A stretch of DNA of 55,258 nucleotides from Candidatus Omnitrophota bacterium (lineage in GTDB: Bacteria > Omnitrophota > Gorgyraeia > Zapsychrales > Zapsychraceae), in contig JACROV010000041.1 in NCBI GenBank assembly GCA_016214285.1, positions 1 through 55,258 on the forward strand. The letters run 5' to 3'. The notes beneath the pieces are model-generated. The model worked only from the letters and a program-made list of their open reading frames with translations, had not been told where the DNA came from and did no database searches. The position numbers were made by a program, and so were the translations under genes. This document shows, piece by piece, positions 48,688-55,258 of the stretch (positions within the stretch are counted from its first letter, which is position 1; each line of letters opens with the position of its first letter).

Positions 48688-49566
48688 TCAACTCCTCATG
48701 GATTGGCTAACGCCTTTTTCCAGTGCCTGGCGCATTTTGAATTTGATGTCATCGTCCAGCAGAACATTTGCCCAGTGCTGGAAAGCAAGTACTCCTTGAT
48801 AATACAGCATGCCCAGCCCGTTGGCGACGCGCGCTCCCCTTGCTTTGGCCATTTTCAAAAGCGGGGTCAGGGGCGGGTTATAAACAAGGTCGTAGACCAA
48901 TAATTCTCGATGAAGCAATTCTTCATCGACCAGGCCGGGGTCCTCCGGCTTTAATCCCACCGATGTCGTGTTGATCAACAAATCCGCCCCGGGGATATCC
49001 AGATCATCAACGCTCGCGACCGGCTCGGCGATACTGGTATCGATACGCGCGCTCAAATCCTCAAGCAGATTATCCAGGCGCTCCGGCGTGCGATTGTATA
49101 TTTTGATGGAATCCGGACGTTCGGGGATCATGCACAATACCGCCAGGATGGCCCGCGCCGAGCCGCCGGAGCCCATAATCGCGATCTTTTTATCCCGCGT
49201 ATTAAACTGTAATTCGACCAAATGCGCCAAAAAACCCGGGGCATCCGTATTGTACCCGAGCAATTTACGCTCTTTATTAATGACGATCGTGTTAACCGCC
49301 ATGATTTTCTGCGCTAAGGGGGCAATGTTGTCTAAATATTCAAGGACCGCTTCTTTGTAGGGTACAGTGACATTTAACCCGAAAATAGGGCTAGAAGGTT
49401 TACGCAGCTCGGCAAAGAATATATCTAATTCATTTTCTTTAAGCGGGAAAAGTTTATAGACCGCGTCGACCCCAAGCTCTTTAAACGCGGTATTGTGCAT
49501 TAAGGGAGACAAACTGTGGGCTACGGGATACCCGATGATTCCGTAGACAGCACTTTGAGCATCCAT
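48688..49566 (-). CDS. aroE: Shikimate dehydrogenase
   Basis: HSLSP.MHN, NVTVPYK, AVNT, NTD, GLGML..Q. Confidence 0.96.
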   Translation of the reverse strand: MDAQSAVYGIIGYPVAHSLSPLMHNTAFKELGVDAVYKLFPLKENELDIFFAELRKPSSPIFGLNVTVPYKEAVLEYLDNIAPLAQKIMAVNTIVINKERKLLGYNTDAPGFLAHLVELQFNTRDKKIAIMGSGGSARAILAVLCMIPERPDSIKIYNRTPERLDNLLEDLSARIDTSIAEPVASVDDLDIPGADLLINTTSVGLKPEDPGLVDEELLHRELLVYDLVYNPPLTPLLKMAKARGARVANGLGMLYYQGVLAFQHWANVLLDDDIKFKMRQALEKGVSQSMRS

Positions 49567-49571
49567 GCGAA

Positions 49572-51104
49572 TTACTTTCCGGGGGATTCTATTGGCGCAA
49601 CGACTTTATTGAGGGCGTTGATATAGGCCTTGGCGGAGGCTTCCAGAATATCGGTGCTGGCCCCGTGCGCGATGACACTTTTATTTCTAAAATTGACTTT
49701 AATCGTTACTTCGCCCAACGCGTCTTTACCCTGCGTAACAGAATGGATCGTATAATCCAGCAACTTCCCTTTGACCTTGGTGATGGCATCGATCGCCTTG
49801 TAGCAAGCGTCCACAGGACCATCACCAGTGGAACTCTTCTTGTAGGTTTTCGTTTTTGATCTTAAAACGATGCCCACTTCGGTCTTGATATTGGTGCCGC
49901 TTTTTGTGGCCAGACTGACCAGGCTCCAGGTCTTTTCAACCGCCTTAATTTCATCTTCAACAATGGCGATCAGGTCTTCATCGAAAATCTGCTTTTTCTT
50001 GTCAGCGACACGTTTGAAACGTTCAAACGCTTGCTCTGATTGCGTGTCATTAAGATCGATGCCCAGATGTTTCAGGCGCACGCGAAAGGCGTGCCGGCCG
50101 GAATGTTTGCCCAAGACCAGCCCTGTCCCCACAAACCCGACGTCCTCCGGACGCATGATCTCATACGTGGAACGCTCCTTCAAGATGCCGTCCTGATGAA
50201 TGCCGGCTTCATGACGAAACGCGTTGTTGCCAACGATCGCTTTATTTGGCGCAACAGCAAATCCCGTGTACTTGCTAACCAGCCGTGAAACCCGGCAAAT
50301 CTCCGGTGTCTGGATATTCGTCACGCATTTATAAATATCGGAACGCGTTCTTAAAGCCATTACGATCTCTTCCATAGAAGCATTGCCGGCGCGTTCCCCA
50401 ATACCATTAATAGTACATTCAACCTGACGGGCACCGTTACGGACCGCCGCCAGCGAATTGGCAACAGCAACCCCCAGATCATCATGGCAATGGACAGAAA
50501 TAACCGCCTTATTAATGTTGGGGACATTATTCTTAATATCCGCGATCAACTGCCCGTATTCAATAGGCATGGCATAACCGACCGTATCCGGAATATTCAC
50601 CGTGGTCGCCCCAGCATCGATAACGGCTTCAAGGATCCGGTATAAAAATAATTTTTCCGACCGGGAAGCATCTTCCGGAGAAAATTCCACATCAGCGGTC
50701 TTGTGGCGGGCATATTTAACGGCATCGACCGCCATCTGCAGGATCTCTTCCTGGGTTTTCTTTAATTTATGCTGCATATGGATCTTGGAGGTCGCCAGAA
50801 AGACATGGATGCGCGACCGGGCCGCGGGCTTCAAGGCATCAGCGGCCGCATCGATATCGGCTTTCAAGGAACGTGCCAAACCGCAGACGATCGATCCTTT
50901 GATATGCCTGGCAACGCTCTTGACGGAATCGAAGTCGCCTTTGGAAATGACCGGAAATCCCGCCTCGATGATATCAACGCCCAGGCGCTCCAAGGCGTGC
51001 GCGATCTCCAGCTTCTCGCGCTCGTTCATGCTGGCGCCGGGCGCCTGCTCGCCGTCGCGCAGCGTCGTGTCAAAAATAAAAACTCTGTCCTGGTCTTGAC
51101 TCAT
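49572..51104 (-). CDS. leuA: 2-isopropylmalate synthase
   Basis: DTTLRDGEQ, HCHDDLG, GERAGN, HEAGIHQDG, GKHSG. Confidence 0.96.
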   Translation of the reverse strand: MSQDQDRVFIFDTTLRDGEQAPGASMNEREKLEIAHALERLGVDIIEAGFPVISKGDFDSVKSVARHIKGSIVCGLARSLKADIDAAADALKPAARSRIHVFLATSKIHMQHKLKKTQEEILQMAVDAVKYARHKTADVEFSPEDASRSEKLFLYRILEAVIDAGATTVNIPDTVGYAMPIEYGQLIADIKNNVPNINKAVISVHCHDDLGVAVANSLAAVRNGARQVECTINGIGERAGNASMEEIVMALRTRSDIYKCVTNIQTPEICRVSRLVSKYTGFAVAPNKAIVGNNAFRHEAGIHQDGILKERSTYEIMRPEDVGFVGTGLVLGKHSGRHAFRVRLKHLGIDLNDTQSEQAFERFKRVADKKKQIFDEDLIAIVEDEIKAVEKTWSLVSLATKSGTNIKTEVGIVLRSKTKTYKKSSTGDGPVDACYKAIDAITKVKGKLLDYTIHSVTQGKDALGEVTIKVNFRNKSVIAHGASTDILEASAKAYINALNKVVAPIESPGK

Positions 51105-51727
51105 CGTGGGGCACCTGACTTTTCTGTCGTTTCCTGAAACCTTTTTATCGCTTCACGGGCGAATTTTAACGTTACCCTCTCCTGCCCGTTCCCAAATTTA
51201 TTCGCATGTGAATAAATCGTAACATTGTCCAAATCATTGAGCGTGACGTGCCGGCGCTTGATGCCTTCCAGGCGGATATTCAATCCCGCTCTTCGGATGT
51301 TCGCTGTTTCAATCCCGAATACGCTGACGAATTCCTTTAACGTCTTTTGCGAATATCCCCACTTATGATTGCCGAAATGCCCGATATAGATCCTCGATTC
51401 CCAAAGATTTTCGCCGAAGATAAAATCGACAAAATTATTGTAACCGAACTTAAAATATCGCAAAAGGATCGTTTTAAAATCCGGCACTTGCAGCGTGATC
51501 TTTCCTCCGACCTTCAATACCCGCGTCCATTCATAAAAAACCAGATAACGGATATATTTGTCAAAGTGTTCCAAAAGGTCTTCCCCAAGAAGCTCTTCCG
51601 CGCTCTGGTCAGCGTACGGCAAAGGCTTGCTGATGTCATGCACTACATCCGGACGACATTCCGGCACCGAATCGATGTTGATCCAGCCTTCCAGCTTCTT
51701 AGTGCCACAGCCTAAATGAAGTTTCAT
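51101..51727 (-). CDS. Class I SAM-dependent methyltransferase-like protein
   Basis: KLHLGCG..GWINID, LEH, RVLKVGG..VPD. Confidence 0.8.
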   Translation of the reverse strand: MKLHLGCGTKKLEGWINIDSVPECRPDVVHDISKPLPYADQSAEELLGEDLLEHFDKYIRYLVFYEWTRVLKVGGKITLQVPDFKTILLRYFKFGYNNFVDFIFGENLWESRIYIGHFGNHKWGYSQKTLKEFVSVFGIETANIRRAGLNIRLEGIKRRHVTLNDLDNVTIYSHANKFGNGQERVTLKFAREAIKRFQETTEKSGAPR

Positions 51728-51735
51728 GACAGTTT

Positions 51736-51813
51736 TGTGTTATGTTTTATGTGTTATGCAATTGAAATCGTTTGGCTTTTATCCATGACACATAACACAT
51801 GACACATAAAACA
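51736..51813. repeat. Inverted heptamer-array element (TGTGTTA)n/(CATRACA)n
   Basis: tgtgtta-tgtttta-tgtgtta-tg ... catgaca-cataaca-catgaca-cataaaa-ca. Confidence 0.8.
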
Positions 51814-51824
51814 AACCTTCCCTT

Positions 51825-52817
51825 TTACTTTTTCATCCAAGACATCATGGCCCGCAACTCTTTACCGACTTTCTCCACGGGATGATTCCCTGCATCTTCA
51901 CGGTACTTATTGAAATTCGGCCGGCCGTTTTTATTTTCCTTCATCCATTCCCGCGCGAATTTCCCGGACTGGATCTCTTTTAAGATCTTTTTCATTTCCT
52001 TGAGAGTGCGATCCGTGATGATGCGCGGCCCGCGCGTGTAATCACCGTATTCCGCCGTATCGGAGACCCGTTGGCGCATGCCGACGATCCCGCCTTCATA
52101 GATCAGATCCACGATCAATTTCAATTCATGCAGACATTCGAAATACGCCATCTCCGGAGCGTAGCCGGCTTCGATGAGCGTTTCATATCCGGCCTTGATC
52201 AACGCGCTCGTTCCACCGCACAAAACCGCTTGTTCCCCGAAAAGATCCGTTTCGGTCTCTTCCCGGAAACTCGTTTCGAAAATTCCCGCGCGGCCGCCGC
52301 CGATGCCCCTGGCGTAAGCCAACGCGTCCTTCAAAGCGTTTCCCGACGCGTTTTGATGAATGGCGACCAGACACGGCACGCCTTTGCCTTCTTCAAACTG
52401 CCGGCGCACCAACGCCCCCGGCCCTTTGGGCGCGATCATCCAGACATCCACATCCGCGGGAGGCCTGATCTGCCCGAAATGGATATTAAATCCGTGAGAA
52501 AATGCGATCGACTTGCCTTTTTTGAGATAACGTTTAATGGACTTGCGATAAAGTTCTCCTTGCACGTGATCCTGCGTTAAGATCATGAGGACATCGGCTT
52601 TTTTCGCCGCCACATCCGCATCAACCGGCTCAAACCCGTCTTTCTTGGCTTGATCATAATTGACCCCACCGGGTCTTTGGGCGACCAAAACGTTCAGGCC
52701 GCTATCGCGCAGACTTAACGCCTGTCCCCGGCCCTGGATACCATATCCCACGATGGCGATGGTCCGGCCTTCATACACATTCAAATCGGCATCTTTGTCA
52801 TAATAAATTTTAGCCAT
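51825..52817 (-). CDS. ilvC: Ketol-acid reductoisomerase
   Basis: [36 protein letters not shown]. Start at ATG 52817. Confidence 0.97.
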   Translation of the reverse strand: MAKIYYDKDADLNVYEGRTIAIVGYGIQGRGQALSLRDSGLNVLVAQRPGGVNYDQAKKDGFEPVDADVAAKKADVLMILTQDHVQGELYRKSIKRYLKKGKSIAFSHGFNIHFGQIRPPADVDVWMIAPKGPGALVRRQFEEGKGVPCLVAIHQNASGNALKDALAYARGIGGGRAGIFETSFREETETDLFGEQAVLCGGTSALIKAGYETLIEAGYAPEMAYFECLHELKLIVDLIYEGGIVGMRQRVSDTAEYGDYTRGPRIITDRTLKEMKKILKEIQSGKFAREWMKENKNGRPNFNKYREDAGNHPVEKVGKELRAMMSWMKK

Positions 52818-52901
52818 TGGGTTTCCTTTCAGAGTTTCTTGACCCTTCACTTCGTTCAGGGTGAGACCATTGACTTTTTCAACGGTCTCAAATTGGCAAT
52901 T

Positions 52902-52931
52902 ATTTTAACACAGCCCGCGCCACGGCGTCAA
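52902..52931 (-). promoter_or_regulatory. Sigma70-type promoter upstream of ilvC
   Basis: TTGACG-18 nt-TAAAAT with a TG extension. Confidence 0.6.
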
Positions 52932-52988
52932 ATTAATCACTTCCCAATGCCCGCCTTTATCCAGGCCGATTCTTTCCCCACAAAAACC

Positions 52989-53021
52989 TAATCGTGCCAT
53001 AATCGTGCCATAATCGTGCCA
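52989..53021. repeat. 11-bp tandem repeat, 3 copies (taatcgtgcca)
   Basis: Exact copies at 52989, 53000 and 53011. Confidence 0.9.
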
Positions 53022-53034
53022 TCATCATGATGAC

Positions 53035-53660
53035 TTAATCGCTCCATCGATACCTTAAGCTCCGGCCGCTTCCCACGGCTGCGACAACCTTCTTGGCGAC
53101 AAGATCATTCAGATCTCGATTCGCCTGCCGGACAGAAATTCCAGCCAAATCGACGTATTGCTTCCGCGAAATACCTCCGTGTTGCTTAATGAACTCCATC
53201 GCCTTTTTCTGCCGATCGTTCAAATCAAGCTTGCGAAGTTTCACGTCCTCAATCGTCTTCTCAAAGCTCTTCCCCGGGCCAACCAAAACAATCTCAAAGC
53301 CGCCGGAATTATTCGCGAACGCGGGATCCGGCAACTTCTCCTTGCGCATTTCCTCAACGATCCGGTTCGTGCCGCGCCCCCATCGCTCGATATATTTGAT
53401 CAGATAGAGTTTATCGGCGAGAAACTGGTTCCTCGGGATTGACCGGTGCTTTTCTTTCAGCTGTTGGTGGGTCAGTTGTCTTGGTAACTCGCCCGGGTTC
53501 CAAATCTCAATGCGGTCATCGTAGATCGCCAGTTGTATATCACCGTTCGCCCAATAATCCCGATGAGCCAAGGCATTATTCAATGCCTCCTCCAAAGCCC
53601 TTAAGGGATACTCCCATTTATCATACCTCTGGTTCGCGTCAAAAAAGACTGCTTTGTCAA
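53035..53660 (-). pseudogene. 3' remnant of AlbA_2/RecG-C (HATPase_c_4) plus wHTH protein
   Basis: EYP..ALEEA..NALAHRDY, IYDDRIEIWNPG, PRN..LA, IERWGRG, LNDRQ..HTH. The N-terminal AlbA_2 half is absent. Confidence 0.7.
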
Positions 53661-53717
53661 ACCTATTCCTAAGACTCCTAATACCCAACCGATAGAATCC
53701 ATCAGCCCCCCTCATTA

Positions 53718-54806
53718 TTACTTTTGTTCTTTCTCAACAAATTTCAAACGGTTTCTTATCCGCGCCCATTGCTTCCAGTCGCTGTAGTCATGAGACAATC
53801 TTCCCGCCACAATACCCGGCGAAATATTGATTGCGTTGGCAAAATTTGTGACTGAACCATAAGAAAAATCGTTCTTTTGGCGGAAATTCGCGTACTCATT
53901 CCGGGGAATCAACGTGTTCGTCGCGAATTCATCAGCTTCCTTTTCTTTCTCGATCGAATCCAGATGTTTCCCATCTTCAAATTCAACAAATTGGTCTGTC
54001 TTCCCGTGCTTAAACACATGGGCCAATTCATGGAAAAAGGTAAACCAGAAGATATCACTGTAATTTCCCCTCAAGCTAAGCTGGACAATCGCTTTGTCGT
54101 TGACCCATCTGGTGGCGCCGTTAACAAACGTATTCTTGGAATAAGGGACGAAGACAACGGCGGCCCCGAAAGACGCGCAGAGGTCAACCATCTTACGTTC
54201 AAAGACATCGGGGTTCTGCCTGGTCAATCCTCTTAATTCCTCCAATGAGTCAATTAATTTGTTCTTGTCAAACTCTCCCGTTTGAATTTTCTGGGCCTCA
54301 AGTTCACCGCATCGCAACCAGGCGGCGAGAGATTCATGAGATAAATTCTTCTGGTTCGATTTACGGAAAGCGACCGCCTGGATCTTCGGGATTAAATCCA
54401 GAGAGCTGACGCCAAAGAAATTAAGCAAGTTCATTATCTTCTCTTGAGCGACATTGGTCTTTTTGACATAGCCCCATTTCGCCAATTCAACATAACAGGA
54501 GAATTTTCTTAAATTAACCAATTCATGAGACAACTTTTTCTCAACTTCCAATCGCGCCAATGTTTCCTGATAATTTCTCTGCAAATTGTTCCAAAAGGCG
54601 ACAGACATCCCGAACACAGCGGATAATCTGATCGCCGTCTCAGGCGTCACAGAACTCTTACCCTGAACGATCTCATTGATTGTTTTAGGCGTCAAGCCCG
54701 TTCTTTCAGCCAGTTCCGCCTGGCTCATGCCAGCCGCCTCTAAAGTTTCCTGCAACGTTTTGCCGGGGTGTATCGCGACATTTGGATTAAAGGTAGTCTC
54801 TCCCAT
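53718..54806 (-). CDS. higA: HigA-family antitoxin with ImmA/IrrE metallopeptidase domain
   Basis: AIHPG..L.E, SQAELA.R, FW.NLQ..Y, FWFTFFHELAH (HEXXH), EKEADEFA. Confidence 0.9.
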   Translation of the reverse strand: MGETTFNPNVAIHPGKTLQETLEAAGMSQAELAERTGLTPKTINEIVQGKSSVTPETAIRLSAVFGMSVAFWNNLQRNYQETLARLEVEKKLSHELVNLRKFSCYVELAKWGYVKKTNVAQEKIMNLLNFFGVSSLDLIPKIQAVAFRKSNQKNLSHESLAAWLRCGELEAQKIQTGEFDKNKLIDSLEELRGLTRQNPDVFERKMVDLCASFGAAVVFVPYSKNTFVNGATRWVNDKAIVQLSLRGNYSDIFWFTFFHELAHVFKHGKTDQFVEFEDGKHLDSIEKEKEADEFATNTLIPRNEYANFRQKNDFSYGSVTNFANAINISPGIVAGRLSHDYSDWKQWARIRNRLKFVEKEQK

Positions 54807-54815
54807 AGTCCCTCC

Positions 54816-55133
54816 TCAATGGTAATCAATGCACACATCGGTAATTTCGATCTTGGTTATGGTCTTGAGATCGTTTGCCTCTCCATTTAATGGGGCAAGA
54901 ACAATACGCTTCGGATGTTTTAAATCAACGGCGAAAGCCCCCTGGCGGCTGCCGGACAAAGGGTGCAGCCTGGCTTGCGGTAATTTTGAGATATCAAACA
55001 GATTCTCGGCGGAAAGAAATTCATTGATTCGTTTTATGATTTGGTCGGCTTGCTGCGGACCGTATAAACGGGAAAGCCGCTTATGGTCCTCGCAAATTTT
55101 CTTTATTTTCGAAGCCTTAAACTCATCTTCTAC
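54816..55133 (-). pseudogene. higB: HigB/RelE-family toxin with no canonical start codon
   Basis: My translation is (V)EDEFKASKIKKICED...RLHPLSGSRQGAFAVDLKHPKRIV...IDYH*. The expected start position is GTA, and there is no ATG/GTG/TTG back to the in-frame stop at 55209-55211. Absent from the ORF track. Confidence 0.78.
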
Positions 55134-55258
55134 AGTTTGACTTAATTTCTTTAATTTTCTCGACGAGACCTCTGGCGTCGTAGTTTTCTTGGCACCGCAT
55201 CCTGGCTGTCATCAACCGACGTCAGGAAGACTTGATCGTGGCCGGCAACGCGACACCC

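Noticed and set aside
52989-53021. Mini CRISPR array
   Set aside because: The 11-bp units are contiguous with no spacers.
54829-55140. 103-aa plus-strand ORF in the track
   Set aside because: It is the antisense shadow of the HigB frame.

Overview
Bacterial chromosomal segment in which every recognisable gene (about 55) lies on the minus strand. The diderm gene content and order (full Kdo/heptose LPS block, Tad-type ATPase, trigger factor lacking FKBP) suggest a PVC-superphylum organism such as Omnitrophota, which is an inference. A 50-kb housekeeping run is read right to left: ilvC-MTase-leuA-aroE-pilD-aroK-dprA-topA-xerC-waaA-lpxK-LPS core genes-kdsBADC-lptC/A-lptB-tig-clpP-aminotransferase-serA-purA-motB/ompA-like-uppS-cdsA-dxr-rseP-cpaF-proS-rimP-nusA-infB-trpS-scpA-ruvB-spoIID-queA. 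Accessory DNA brackets it at both ends. Left end: directly after queA, where tgt usually sits, is an AT-richer, translationally coupled four-gene operon (DUF5591/ArcS-like, DUF6884-like, GIY-YIG nuclease, Cas4-like Fe-S nuclease/DUF2779). Its last gene is cut by an ISL3-family insertion not shown in the ORF track. This operon is the best candidate for an undescribed system, possibly a deazaguanine-linked defence or modification module. Right end: a higBA-like module whose toxin lacks a canonical start codon, plus a deletion-scarred AlbA_2/RecG-C remnant. Intergenic spaces hold several palindromic repeat families, two copies of which are in-frame inside CDSs, and an 80-bp MITE with a target-site duplication nested in a heptamer inverted repeat. 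No CRISPR array, tRNA or rRNA was seen.
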